DNA of 64,000 nt. It comes from Tubulanus polymorphus (taxonomy: Eukaryota > Animalia > Nemertea). The stretch is taken from NCBI RefSeq assembly GCF_964204645.1, contig NC_134029.1, forward strand, positions 2,790,001-2,854,000. The letters run 5' to 3'. This document shows, in pieces, positions 11,981 through 25,993 of the stretch. Below the pieces are notes generated by a model. The model did not search any database, had not been told where the DNA came from, and saw only the letters and a list, made by a program, of their open reading frames with translations. Numbering within the stretch: position 1 is the stretch's first letter; each line of letters begins with the position of its first letter. Position numbers and translations under genes: made by a program.

Positions 11981-14900
11981 ATGGATAAATCAGAAAAAAC
12001 GACGTCGCAATCGACACCAAACGAGCTTACAAAATTACCAGATTCAAAAACGTCGAATAATTCAAGTATAAACAAACAACAGCCGCCTTCATTCACACGG
12101 CAGAATACAGTAACTACTGTTAATCTTACCGGTGTCGATATCGTCGCGTTACGAATCGACGGAAAAGAACGACTTTGTTTGGCGCAAATATCCACAACTC
12201 TTTTAAAACGCTATAGTTACAACGAAATACACAACCGCCGGGTGGCGCTGGGTATTACATGCGTTCAATGTACCCCCGTTCAACTAGAGATATTGAGAAG
12301 AGCTGGTGCGATGCCTATATCATCGAGACGATGCGGTATGATCACTAAACGCGAGGCCGAGCGACTCGTTAAATCGTTTCTCGAAGAGAACACGCCGCCG
12401 AAACTACCAGAGAACTTTTCATTCGAAGTCGAACACAATTGCGGCTGGGGATGTCGAGGCTTATTCGTACCCTCCAGATACAACAGTTCCCGCGCTAAAT
12501 GCATCAAATGCACGTATTGTAACATGTATTTCTCGCCGAATAAATTCATATTTCACTATCATCGCATGCCCGACTCGAAATACACGCATCCGGACGCCGC
12601 TAACTTCAACTCGTGGCGACGCCATATCGTATTGAGCGGGGAGCCGGCTGAAGAGTTGAGTCACGCCTGGGAGGACGTGAAAGCTATGTTTAATGGCGGA
12701 AGCCGGAAGCGAATACTGTGTCACGTGACGTCCACGCTAGCGGCCCGTTCAAACGACGCGGCCAAAAAACCGAAAATGTCAACGGCGAAATGTCAGCAGA
12801 ATTCTGAGATTCTCACTCATCGTTATAACTATCCGATATTTCATCCAGTCAAATCTCCATATCCGATCAGCCCTATACCCGCTCATTCTACCTATGTTAA
12901 TTACCCGTACCCTAAAACTTTCAACCCGAGCGAACCAAAATCGTCGAGTTATATGCCTCTGAATGCGGTAGAATCGCAGTTCGGGTCTTACGACTTTTTC
13001 TGGCAAAGCATCGGTCAGAAATCGCTTCCGGTCGGGACGGCGATTACTTCACCAAAATTCGCGTTCGAGGCCGAAAACGAGTTGAACAGAAACAACGAGA
13101 GCGCCGTGGAGAGGTTCTATAACCCGCCGCGAGGAGTCGACACTGAAAAACTGCCTCATCTCAGCGCGACGCCTGGCTTAACCAGACCTCCGTATGTATC
13201 AGCGTTCACGCCAGTAGGACGACATCTAGTTACGTCATCGACCTCTCCGGTCATACATTCACCCAGATCTGATGATTACTCGCTCGATAAAACCGAGCAT
13301 CGTGACATCAGACTACCGAAAGACGAAGATTCGGACGAAGACGCGGACAATATCGTGATCGACGTCATAAACGATAATAATACGGATGCGGACGTTGTAT
13401 CGGACCATTCTGAATGCGGCATGTCACCGCCGCGCTGTGGGACGATTCAGGAAACGAATTTAGAATCTGAGGCGAGTTGTTCCGTTGATACGAAAAATAC
13501 CCAACATCCTGATGTTCAATACCATACAGCAACTAATGCTGCGTACAAACAGATCGTAGATAATGAAGGGTCAGATATAGAAGAACAGCAGAATTCTGAA
13601 CCTCAGGTCGAACAGGTACGTTAGATTAATGTTTAAGTTAAAGTTAAGAAAAGAAACCAGTTCTCTTTGCCTCCATTATTGACAGAAAACCTTCAAATAC
13701 AAATAATTTCGTGATGGCCCCTCACGCGGTTCTCACGGCACCGATTCTACCCAGTAGTAACAAATCTTGTATTTCGTCTTAGTAACTATCTGTAAATTAA
13801 AACGCGCAATAACAATAAAATGATTAAGCTAATCTTACCGGATTTAGCTAATCGACTGGATTAAGTTAATCCCGCTGGATTAAACGTTAGCGTCAGTATC
13901 ACCGTATTATCTATTCGTTATCGCATTTAATTACAGTAATGACTGTATTAGAAATCGAGCCTCACAGATCCTCTATGATCGATGGACAGTATTCATAATC
14001 ACACAATAATTACTAATCACTTTCATTCATTCTTTATTCTTCCGTCCCTGAAGAATTCCGCCGATTTTCTGCCGATTTTTTCACCGTTTGAACGGAAATG
14101 CATTAGTAGTAATTGTGCATATTGTTTTATAAGCCGCCACAACCTAATTTACTAATTAGAATTGTAGCCGTTTGAATGCGAGTAGGTTTTATTTAACGAT
14201 GGATCTATCTATGCAGGATTCGCATTGTTGTTTCCTTATTCATTAGTCATATTGAAAGTCCTTTTTCATCCTTATGAGACAACGTTGTTCATAGTTAAGG
14301 TAATCAACCAAACTCACGTTTGCACATAGTGTCCTCGTGCGCTGGGTTATAAGTCTTAACAGTACCAAGCCAGCTACGGATTCTGGAGTTTCTTGGTATC
14401 CAAAAATCCGCAATACACGAGCAGTGAATTTTTGGCTCAATTCTTCAAAGCCTTTTTAAAGCATATTTGAAAATAGCTCATATAGCAAAACGAGGCCGGA
14501 ATGTCACTACTCTCTTAATTTTTCTTCAATATTGACGGTTTTTCTACAATGAATCCTACAGTCTCTGATCAGACCTATTCGTTTTTTTCGGATCATTTCC
14601 TGATTGAATATGCCCCCCATTTACACCTTGGAAAGTATATATCCTGAAATTAGGAGGTAGCTTTCATCAACAAAAGATTCAAATCAACCAAAGCTCTTTT
14701 GTATTTTCCAGGTAGAGACAAATAACCTCGAAAATGTTTCAACTGAGGTCATTGGTAAGTAACATTATGAAAACTCGTAGAATTAATATATTCATTACGT
14801 ACACTTTCACCCATCTCATTCCTGTTCTATTGGTGATTGTTCATTAGTTCGAATAAACATTTTCGATTCTCGTTTGTTTCCGAACAAAGCCGGAGAAAAT

Positions 14901-16385
14901 TCACGAACAAATTCGAACCGTCAGTTGGGACTTCTATTCGTATCAGGTGCCATTTAAGATCCGACGAAAGTTTCTACAAGCAAAAGCCTACTTTACATAA
15001 TTCGTAGCAAGTGGGGCAATCTTTCAAACGCCGAAGTGCCCCGCTCATCTATTTACTTGCAAATTGTATTAGCATTTTGCGAAAACAGATCAAATGAATA
15101 GAAACACTTCCCTTGAGATTCCGTTAACGCGATTAGCCCTCAAACCGCACCAGTGCTTTATCTTACGCATTCGATCGTAACAGCTGTTAAATAAAAGTGA
15201 AATACTCGAGGGGTCGAGACAACATCTTCGGGTTAACCCTCTAGCATTACAGAGTGATGGATTCACTGCTATAGACCTAAGGTCGCGTACGATATCATCC
15301 TCAAAGCTTGATTTTTCTGGCATTCGAAATCAACATGATCATTCGCTGTTCAGATTACTGTTTCTCTGAAAATCAGATTCAGATGAATCTAGAAACTTAG
15401 ATTTTACATTTCATCAATAACGGGATTGTTCATCATCTTCTACGCTGAGAATACATTTATCCGTCACGATTAGTCCAACCTATTCCGACATTTCACCATT
15501 GGATATAAGATGTGCATATACTTGCCGAATCACTAGCTTATCAAATTTTTATTTGTAGGTTGTCCTCCAGAACGAGATACTGACGTACACTTGAGTTCCA
15601 GATTGTCTTCGCTTTCGAAAGGTAAAATGTGGTTGTAGAATTATCTGTCTCGCTAACAGTACACCTAAAACGTGTGATAATATTCATATTTATAAACACA
15701 GATCATCTGGTCCTTCTTCTTGAAAAAGAACTGCAAAAATCGAAAGAATTTGACAGGGAATATAGTGCATTAAAAGGTATAAGGAAAATCGAATTTGACG
15801 ATGAATATAACCAAAAATACACGGGGAATCCGCTTTATGTATTTTTGATATAACCTATATATAGACTGCAGTTTCATCGTGAATTGTTTCTGTTTTAGAA
15901 ACCTTACAGCAACAGGTCAGACGGGAACTTGCTTACAGAGAACAGTTAGCAAAACAGTTACAACTTGTGAAAGGTACGAGAGTTGCAACATGTACATTCA
16001 GATATGGTAGTAACATATCGTAAATCAGGACTTATACAGGTATATATGTTTTCTTTTTATCATTTTCAGAGAATTTGTATCAGGAATTAGAACAGGAAAG
16101 GAAGACGCGGTGTACCTTACAGCAAAATCTGAAAGGTTCGTCCATGTGTAAGTGTAAAATAAAAACATTGTTTTCACAACGCAATATCACACTATATCTA
16201 AGCTTAAGCTGATCCGTTATGGCCTCGTGATTGATTTTTTTTCAGAAACCCACGATGCGTTACATCGGTTTTCGTGTAAGATGTTAGCTTCGCGACACTG
16301 TCAGGAATGCGTATTCAAAACAGCTCAGCTACAGAAAGAAATGAGTGCACAACTTCAGCAATCTTACAGCGGGATAAAACAATGA
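11981..16385 (+). CDS. SKOR: SKI family transcriptional corepressor (SKOR1/2, CORL/fussel type). Coding exons 11981-13615, 14712-14754, 15559-15621, 15702-15776, 15899-15973, 16070-16135, 16246-16385
   Basis: Ski/Sno DHD domain (IDGKERLCLAQIS...NEIHNRRVALGITCVQCTPVQLEILRRAGAMP) and SAND-like domain (CGWGCRGLFVPSRYNSSRAKCIKC...FSPNKFIFH). The spliced C-terminal coiled coil reads RELAYREQL...ELEQERKTR...HDALHRFSCKML, as in SKOR. All introns are GT-AG with consistent phases. An acceptor AG at 11971-11972 implies an upstream UTR exon. Confidence 0.95.
13820..13885. promoter_or_regulatory. Candidate intronic homeodomain-site cluster in SKOR intron
   Basis: Three regularly spaced GATT-N5-AATC palindromes, with GGATTA/TAATCC sites. 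Confidence 0.35.
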
Positions 16386-18129
16386 ATCTTGATAAAACTG
16401 AACATTTAGATTAACAACGTGAACAGTCGGTTTCGGCTTTCGCCAAAATGTGGAATTTCCCATAACTGATGGCATGTCGTCATCAAAAGCTGTGCTTGGC
16501 CAATTTAAAGAGTTTGTCCATTATTCATTTTAATTGTAAATGAACCGACCTAGAACCATGAAATTCGTAGAACTGTATACAGATAAATATCTTGTATTTA
16601 GTGTAAAATTTATGTAGAATATGTAATTTATTTTCATTTTCATTATGTGCATTCATAGTAAGAATTCACGTAACTGCCACCAGATACCGAGTTGTAAATA
16701 AACATTTCATGAGTGTGAGTGAACTTTAAAAAGATGATCTATTAAAAAAACAAATACAAATATTAATTGCAATAAAAAGAAAATACTATTATGAATATCT
16801 ATGTTATCTGCATTGATCATTATTGAAATAAATATTTATCATTAGAGGGATGTTCTATGTGTCTTGTAGTCAATTAGAGGAAACGTTCCGGTACTAATGA
16901 CGATACGCGTTTGAGTAATCTTTATTGGATCCCGAATATTTGAATACGACTCAAATACACGTGAAAAAGGATTCAAATACACGTGACTTTTGACATATTA
17001 CGCCTTAATACACGCGCGGGATCGGACTGGAACATGTGTGTAGGCGAAGCGTGGATTCCCATTCACTGTAAACCAGTTTTTAAGAGAATGCATAGTTGCA
17101 TAATTTCTGGCAGCAATATTTCGTTTCTCGCTGTAATATCTGTCCAAATTTGAATGAAACTTTTAATTCTGAGAACCCCCCTCTACGAAATAAACTGTTT
17201 CAGCTTTAAGCTTCGTTTATCCATTGACTCCATTGTTGATAATAGACAATTCGATGCACACGTTAGTTAAACAATGTAATGATTTGAATAACGATTAGAA
17301 AACCCCGCTATGCACGTTTATTAGCACATAGCAAATTAAGCCAGCGTAAAATTACCACCGTCCGTATACTGGCAACGACTACCTTACTGGTCTGAACAGT
17401 ATTCACTGGGACAGGACGCCTAATGAAACCCAGAGTTCCAGACAAGACGTTGTTTATTATCTAAGCTATAGTTTCTAGTAAGTATTCGTATATAATTGAT
17501 TGATTTATCGCACTGAGACGGCGTCCCGAGAACATGAATTTATTTTTCATTTTGCGCCATCTCAAGAAAAGTTAAAACTTACTTTTACTTTCTAGACGTT
17601 CTGGTGAATATGAAGGATACATTGTTGTCTCCAGGATATAACTTTATCGTTTACTCTTTATGCATCTTCGTATGAAGACAGTTATTTTCATTCTAGAATA
17701 GATTTATAATAGAAATAATGATAATAATTTCATTTGTTATTAATAATTATATTTGCTCGAGATTTGTACTTAGATCATAACGAACATTTTTGTATACAAT
17801 TAAATCCAAACATAAAACATTTTAAGATTTGCATACCATTTGTATATAGATGCGCAAATTGTTTATATACAGGATTATACAAGAGTTTCTAAATTATGTT
17901 GTCAGACTTAACCTATATTTCCAATCAAATCTAGTCCATCGATCGATACTTTTAAAACGAATCCGAAAACCCGTTTGTTCATCGAAGCCTTTAATTAAAC
18001 TCATTCTAGTTTTCTCTGTTCTCTGTTCGATGAGCATATATAATGTGGAGTTTAATCCGAATAAATCATCATTAATCATTATTATTAGATATATGGGATA
18101 AAGACAAGAATAAAGAGTAATGAGAGAAA

Positions 18130-21100
18130 ATGTGGCGTAGAGTAAGCAAGGCTGTTACTGGTGTTGAACAACAGGGTTTACCTTCTATCGATATAAAACC
18201 ACCATCACCGATATTATCAAATAAACGTGAGTAAAGAACCTAAGTTAATTAACATTAAAGGACTGGATGTTAATCGATGCTATAGATTACATATGTATAA
18301 TTTTTCGTCTGCAGAAAATGTCTCCAGGTCTCGAAACAGAGACGATCAGAATAAGTCAAATGGAAAATTAGGAAATGACACTAGTCAAAAGATTTATAAT
18401 TTGGCTTGTAAGAAATTTAAGATACAGCCGATAAAAAGAATCCACGCAGATCTGTGTTTGTCAGAACTGGTTTTACAAGATCAATCTCTCGGGGTTCTTG
18501 GGGCTAAGACTTTGGCAATAGCTCTCGTGGTAAGTTGTAGGTATACTTAAACACTACATTTCAGACAATTATAAATCCCTACCGATTTCGCATTAATCCC
18601 CTTTAATCACTATATTTAGACCGCAGTTGATTAACAATCAAATCCTTTTCCATTAAGTCGTTAAACCAGTCCTTAGTTAGATAATTTCATGCTGTGCACA
18701 TTTAGAATAAATGAAAAGCCACTCATTTATACTCATTTGAAATTCCACACGGAAAATGAAAAATGAAGTCTAACTAGAGCCTTAAGCTAGTTTCTGTTCA
18801 ACGTTTCCACTATATTCCAATAGTCATCTTTAGAAATACTAAATAATTCAATATGATATCAACACATCTGATATAAAGTCCGCGTTTTTTTTCGTTTTCC
18901 GTTTTAAAGAAAAATGCTACTTGCAGTAAAGTTCACTTGGAAGGAAATGACATTGGTGCGAACGGAGCTATCTGCATCGCTCAGATGCTGAGGGAAAATG
19001 TGACCATCGTTGATTTGGTAAGAGACTAATTCAGAATAACCTAAAAATGTACTGTTGACATAACAGCTTATACCATTTCACAGTAGACAAATTGATGATG
19101 TCAAAGGGGATTGATCACAATTATCTATTTATATCTGCGAGATTAAACAGAATGAATAATCAAATCAACTATGAACTGTTTCAGAGTTTATCCGATAATA
19201 ATATCGGTTCAATCGGCGCCGAATATCTCGTCTCAGTATTGAAGGAAAACCGGTTTCTTCACAGTCTGAAATTAAAAGGTACAATTCAAAAAAATATAAT
19301 CGATAAGCATTTACACATATTTACTTACAATGAGTGAATTTGGAGCCTGAAAATGACTGAAAAATGTAATTCGTTGACTATCATTTAGGGAATAACCTAG
19401 GTGAAGAAGATGCTAAGATTATTGCCGGTTTGATCATGGTCAATACGTCACTAGAATCGCTCGACCTCAGTTATAACTGTTTCCGAGAAAAGGGAGGTCT
19501 GCATCTGAAGCCAGCTATAGGTAAACATCCGGGATTCGAACCTGATCGCATTTTCACGATTCCGCATTTTAGACATTAAACGGTGGCGTCACGTGCACGG
19601 ATGTATTATGACATAATCCGTGAACACGACATATAACCATGGATTGTTGCCATCATCCTATTGTGTTCGACTCTCATGGTGAAGGTCGTCACGTGACAAT
19701 AACAAATGGGTAATCGACCTCATTTCAAAACTATCGTATGCTTTTCAGCCAAAACCAGAGTTTTACACAGTTTAAATTTGAGTTGGAATCATTTGCGATT
19801 ATCAGGAGCTGTGGCAATAGCGCAAGGATTACAGGTAATAATGAAAAAGTGGTGGATTAGAATTCCTAATGATTTGCATCGAAAAAATTCATTTGAAAAT
19901 AAAATAACATATTTGATACATTTCGAAATAATAAGCGATTATTTGTTTTATTCTTGCTCCCAAAATGAATACAAACAGGAGAATAATAGTTTGAAAAGTC
20001 TCGACGTATCATGGAACGGTTTTGGAATGGAAGGTTGCGCCGCTTTGTCTTTAGCTTTGGAACATAATACTTGTATTCGAGAGTTAGATTTATCAGCGAA
20101 TAGAATTTCTGTCGAACCTTTAAAAGCGTTATTACCGGGACTCGTACAAAACAAGTCACTTTCTTCACTTGTTGTAAGTAAGAAAACAAGTATGAAATGA
20201 CGAAAATCATAATTTAATCTAAATGAATCCAAGAGCCGATATTCTCAATACATGAACATTTTCTCTTTGATATTCAGTTAGCGAGTAACCCTCTTTCAAG
20301 TGATGCAGCGATGAAATTATTGCAGGCAATTTCATCGTCAACTTCGAGCCGTCTCATTTACATTGATATAAATGTAAGCTTTTTTTTATTTGCTAGTTAT
20401 CGATCCTTCGGTCCTAAACACGTATCTTTTTGTATTTTCATATCCGCAAAGATCGTAGTCTGATTACATCTATTTCAAACTCGCTTGTTGTATGGATGAT
20501 TCAATATGCTAAAACATTTCTATTTGCGTATTTTCAGACGGTTAGTATCGATGGCAAATTTGAAGAAGAGTATGAGAATATAAGATCAAACCGGGGTTTG
20601 ATAATTAAACACGGTATTGTACTGCGACGTGACGAACTGACTGAAACTGACACCAGTGATGTCATCAATGAGGAAGATCCATTGTTTGTTCTGTTCGAGT
20701 TCATGAAACAACAGAATCTACGTCTAAGGGATTTGTACGCTGCATTAGATAGGAACGCTGAAGGAAGAGTCAAAAGAAGGTCTATCAACGAAGTGCTTTT
20801 GGTAAACTTATTCAATTGTAACCGAAAATTTACTTAGCCATCGGGTCCCAGTTCTTAAGTTGCGAGTTGACTCCTGAAAATCATTATGAATGAACTTATT
20901 ATAACTTAGAGCAACTCATAACTGTAGGACCTGATCCAGAGCCTTTTGTTTTTACGATCTGGTTTCATTCACTTTAGTCGTCAAATATCGTACTGAGTAA
21001 GACTAATCTCGATCGGCTGATGAAGAAAATAGATATCGACCGTAAAGGCTATGTGGAATTTCAGTAAGTGTATATATGGGGAGGTTAATCTGCTAGGAAC

Positions 21101-21836
21101 ACGTTGAGGAGTAGTCTTTTTCACTGAATGATTTAATGGTTAGTCTTGATAAAACTATAATGAAATGTCGTGATTCCTTGAAACGGGCGTTAAACCAGGC
21201 TTGTTCATAGAGGTCGTGCAGCCATATTCAATATTCCACGTGATGACGCCAGTATAAACGGCCAAACACAATGCTATTTACATTACGTACAAACCCTCGA
21301 TGTTTGTAAACCCCGTTAATCCTATCAAATAAAACACGTCTTTCAGGGATTTGTCAGCAGCAAATCGCGAATACGTACGAACAATGACTCTGAGAAAACG
21401 GCGCCGAGCATCAAGCCTGAAAGCAGGGTTATCTGTAGAACGCGATAACGTGGAAACATTGCGCAATAAAATTAAAGGATTGATGGACGAACGACGAAGG
21501 AGCAGCATCATCGATTTAAACCGGTCAGCATCTTCATCCCGTCGCTCCAGTATCAAAGACAGTTTACTAAACAAAGGTCGTCGTAGTTCAATAATAGAGA
21601 CACTGTCCGCCAGTGGTCAGGCGATTAATGATGAGATGGTTATGCAAGCAGGAGTTGTTAACAATTTGTTTTCTCGTCGACGCGGTAGTTTACCAGTTCT
21701 ACCCGGTCTGGGGGGTCAGTCACCGACCAGCAATGAACTCATCAATCCGTTTTCTATGATGACTGTTCGTCGATCATTGGATACCTCAACATCGCTACCA
21801 TTCGATGAAATCGATGAAATTACAGAAGAAAGTTGA
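18130..21836 (+). CDS. LRRC74-like leucine-rich repeat (RI-like) protein with a C-terminal EF-hand pair. Approximate exons 18130-18226, 18315-18529, 18910-19017, 19185-19278, 19389-19520, 19749-19833, 19979-20172, 20278-20372, 20538-20801, 20978-21063, 21347-21836
   Basis: N-terminal YNLACKKFKIQP...LGVLGAKTLAIALV motif typical of LRRC74. Repeated LxxLxLSxNxxGxxG units (LDLSYNCFREKGG, LNLSWNHLRLSGA, LDVSWNGFGMEG). EF-hand-like LRDLYAALDRNAEGRV and IDIDRKGYVEF. GT-AG boundaries in phase where checked. Confidence 0.85.
20844..20931. repeat. Small imperfect inverted-repeat (MITE-like) element in an LRR gene intron
   Basis: ggtcccagttcttaagttgc ... gcaactcataactgtaggacc. Confidence 0.4.
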
Positions 21837-22261
21837 TCTTCGGACATTATCTTTTAACTCGAGTGCAATAAAACATAGCCCCGATAAAGTAAATACACTA
21901 TGAAAAAAGTCAAGAAACAGTGAGTTGAAATTGATTCTGGATCCAGTACTCCGCTGTACTATTGGTGTACTTTTGCGCAAAAGAAACATCGACATTCACT
22001 TTATCATAATGGCTGCGTATTTCTTACATTTTAACAATAATTTCCAATTCCCATTTCGTTCTCCAGAGGGTTGGTAGATATTATATATGATATTCCATCT
22101 TTACCTAATGGACGAGGTATTCTTACATTTTTCTTTCCTTATTCCGGGCTGACAACGCTAGGGCTAGAAAATTAGAACCCGGCTAATCGCCCCCGACCAA
22201 TCAGCCCATTTTGATGAACAAATTTAAATGAGGTAATCAGATAGATAGATAGATGATTTTA

Positions 22262-22483
22262 TTGTCTACAAACATATTTGCATTGACAGACAGTTTCAAT
22301 GATTAGTGCACAATACAAAACTAAGTCTACACTTTTCTTAATGTCGGCTATATCAGTGCTGTGCTCATCTGTTTTATCGGTTATCGATTCGAGTCGAGAT
22401 TCAAAAGCTGACTGCGTGGTTTTAATACTCCTTACTGAACTTTTTACACTGCGCGCAGATTGTTGAAAATCCCCGTCGCTCAT
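22262..22483 (-). mobile_element. Possible truncated LINE ORF1-like coiled-coil fragment
   Basis: MSDGDFQQSARSVKSSVRSIKTTQSAFESRLESITDKTDEHSTDIADIKKSVD is heptad-like, ends abruptly and abuts (agat)n; family assignment is by resemblance only. Confidence 0.3.
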
Positions 22484-23043
22484 TGTGGGTTTTAACACAG
22501 ATAATCGGTACTGAAAATAAATCAGCTCGATGCTAGGCATAAGCCGTATAGAATGTCAGGTCTGAGCGGAATATGGATTAACGCGATAATCAACGGCTTG
22601 ATCTAACGGACAGATATCGGAGAGACCGATATCTCATCTGCAGGGCGTCAGGCATTTTTCCTAAACATGATCGCTGGACTAGAAAATAGTTATCAACTTG
22701 TTTGTATAGTTGTAAGTAAAAAAAAGAATACACGATTTCAATTTTGTAGAAAACTCGCAAGAGCTTTGGTTAAAGTTCTGCAAAATTGTGTATTCTTACC
22801 TAACTTTATTTGATAGCGCAGACGCACACACGTACGGATCTATTTCAATGAATGTACATGTATTAACGGTTTACAAAGCCGACCTGTACATATATATATA
22901 TATCCACATGGGATTTAACAATTCGATTTTACATAAACACTGATAAATTGTCCATATATACTTTCATAAAATTATAGAAGTAGAATCATTACTAAAAACC
23001 CTATACCGTCAATAGATTGGCTGTAAAGAGGTGCTTACGGGCA

Positions 23044-25993
23044 ATGGATGACGCGATTGAGAGGACTTTTTGCCAGTTGTGGAGGAGCGGCAAAAAGTGG
23101 CATATTCTCACTTACTTCTGTTGGGTAATACCTGCTAACATCGTGTTCGCTCTTTTTTCGATGTCAGTAGTTTTTACAGGTATGTTCAGATGATAAAACA
23201 AAACACGTAATTTTGATCGAAACTTAATCATCAATCAATTCGCACTTTTGAATCACTTCAAGTCAAATCATTGCGCTATGTTTGCAGCTGGTGTACCGGA
23301 TCACCATTGTACAGTGTCGGACAATTCATCGTTACCAAGAAAACAGAACGGGCAGCCAGAATCCTGTCTTATTTACAGTAATCTAACACACGATAATAAA
23401 ACAGAGAAATGTTCAAACTGGACCTATCCCGATAAAGATTATGGAATAACAATCGTATCCGAGGTAAAACGTTTTCGATCGGTCTCATCCGCAACCAGAT
23501 AAACTATGCTTTTGTAATTCCAAATATCGTTGAATATTCTTCCTATTCCAGTGGGATTTGGTTTGTGACTATGACTTCCTCGGTGAACTATCACAGTCAT
23601 TCTATATAATGGGTGCAATAGCTTCTATGTTATTGGTATCACCACTTGCTGATATCTACGGCCGGAAACTTTTATTTTTGGTCATCAATGGTTCGTTGGT
23701 TTTTTCTGGAATTGGGGCCGCCTATGCCGTGAACTACGCAATGTTTGCGTCATTCCGTGTTCTAAATGGCATGGCTGGCGAGGTAAGCAATTCCCCACCT
23801 AGTTTTAAAAATAGTAACACGTTGCCCACTATCTCTATATTGATTGTTTATGAATACCGATGCTAAAGAAATGTTATAAAAGTTATGACTGAATCATAAC
23901 AGTGATGGCTTCACTACACTGATTTACCTGATCACAGTTTCGAATTGTTCACTTTCGAACTTTCAAAAAGGCATTGATTCATAGATCTAGGTAACAAATT
24001 TAGTTTTTTGATTGAAAATAAACTGTATGATGATAACATTAATTTTGATTGCAGGCTTGTTTAAGGATTGCCATTGTCGCAGTTGTTGAGCTGTTTCCGA
24101 AAAATCTACGAACGTTTGCCGGTCAGATAATGTTCGTATGGTGGAGTATTGGAATGATGTTTCTTGATTTGATGGCGTATTTTATCAGGAATTGGCGTCA
24201 CTTACAGCTAGCAGTGGCTCTCATGCCAGTCATAACAATTATTGATATTTGGTTAGTTATACATACATCCAACATGTTTTCTGAAGGTCGTGTGATGTAT
24301 TTGGTCAGTGCTTGGAGTAATCAGAATGCTGTTTACTCCAAAGTCAGTGTGTGTCTCTATTGTTGAAGGTTGATACCTGAATCTGTGCCGTGGCTTTTGT
24401 CGAAGGGAAAGGTGGAACAAGCTGAAGAAATCGTTAAAAAGGCGGCCGCTTTTAATGGAACAACACTTCCAGAACATCCATTTAAAGTAGAAGCTGAAGT
24501 TAAGGAAGAAAAACAACTCGGTCGAATGACATTATTCCGTGTTCCAATTCTTAGACGAATTACGTTCATCCTGTTTGCTTTATGGTACGTATGTTTGAGT
24601 GAATATGCAGTTTTTCAATTTTAGATTCAAAGGTTAGATTTATCAAAATCATTCTTTTTCTATTTGTCAGGTTTGTCAACAATCTGGTTTACTATGGTTT
24701 ATCACTATCTGCAGCTGAATTAGCCGGTGACCGATTTCTGAACTTTTTCCTAATGGCTCTTGTAGAAATACCCGCTACTGTTTGTTGTATGTTTGTTTTG
24801 GAAAGGTAAAGAAATCAATCGATTTCACCTATTTTCTAATTTTGAGTTTGAATATCAATAATATACGTACCATAATATAGTAGAACATGGTGTTTCATCA
24901 TATATATTTGTTAATCTATAGTTATGTTGTATGATATTTCAGTCGAGCTGGGAGACGTATATCGTTGTCTAGTTTTCATTTACTAGCCGGTATTTCACTC
25001 ATTCTACTCGTATGCGTACCGCCTGTTACAGGTTGGTGAATACTCATATCATATCATATTATATGTTATAATACCATTGAATAATTGAATATTGAATAGT
25101 GACCCATATACTTATATTTAACCAATATATCAAAACATTATAATATATATTCATTACAATGGAAAATATGCAAGATAAGAAGCTTTATAGCGACATTATT
25201 CTCATGTTTCAGAGAGTGGGAAAAATCTGATGCCATTAGCTGTATTTTTCACTTTAGTTGGTAAATTCAGTATCGCAGCCTCATATAATGTAGTCGTCCA
25301 ATATAGTTTAGAGTTGTATCCTACGTCAATCAGGTAATATTTTCAAGTATCACATAGCCTTGATATAAGAATTTTGTCAATCCTTATTCAATCATAATGC
25401 GTCCAAATTCGATATATCTCGTTTGGCCAAGCTGATCTATCGAGTCCTCGCACACGCAATATAAAAAGCAAATCTTACTCTTTGTTGTATATTAGATTTG
25501 ATAGACCCAAGTAGCAATACAATATAGGTTACCATATTGAAATGGAGGTGTGCATCCTCTTCATATCGGATTTACATTCTATCTTATGCTTTTCAATTCA
25601 AGGAATACTGGGTCTGGAACGGCATCGTGTACTGCTCAAATCGCTGGTACTTTAGCGCCATTCACTACTTATTTTGTAAGTTTATCGCTATAAGAAATCT
25701 ATTTTTCTTTTCAATACAAATGAAAGTATCCACAGCTTATGAAAATGATATTTCAGGCGCGTTTGGTACCGTGGGCTCCTGGAGTTATTTTCGGTATCAT
25801 GTCCGTGTTCGTCGGAATACTGGCTTTGCTGTTACCGGAAACGAGAGGACGGCCATTGCCGCAGACTGTCGAGGATATGAAAGAATGGCAACTACCGAGT
25901 TTAACGTGTGGTTCATTGGACAGAAGAAAAAATAATGAATCTATGAGTGTCAACGGCAATGAAGAAAATGACCAAGTGACTACTTTACTTTGA
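23044..25993 (+). CDS. SLC22-family (organic cation/anion transporter-like) MFS transporter, tandem copy 1, 10 coding exons
   Basis: PDHHC extracellular loop, TIVSEWDLVC, D-x-x-GRK, ELFP, RNWRHLQL, PESVPWL, ELYPT and LPETRGRPLP motifs; in-phase GT-AG introns; ends VTTLL*. Confidence 0.93.

Noticed and set aside
12280-13006. Antisense ORFs within SKOR exon 1 (also within SLC22 and LRR exons)
   Set aside because: Shadow frames of real coding exons.
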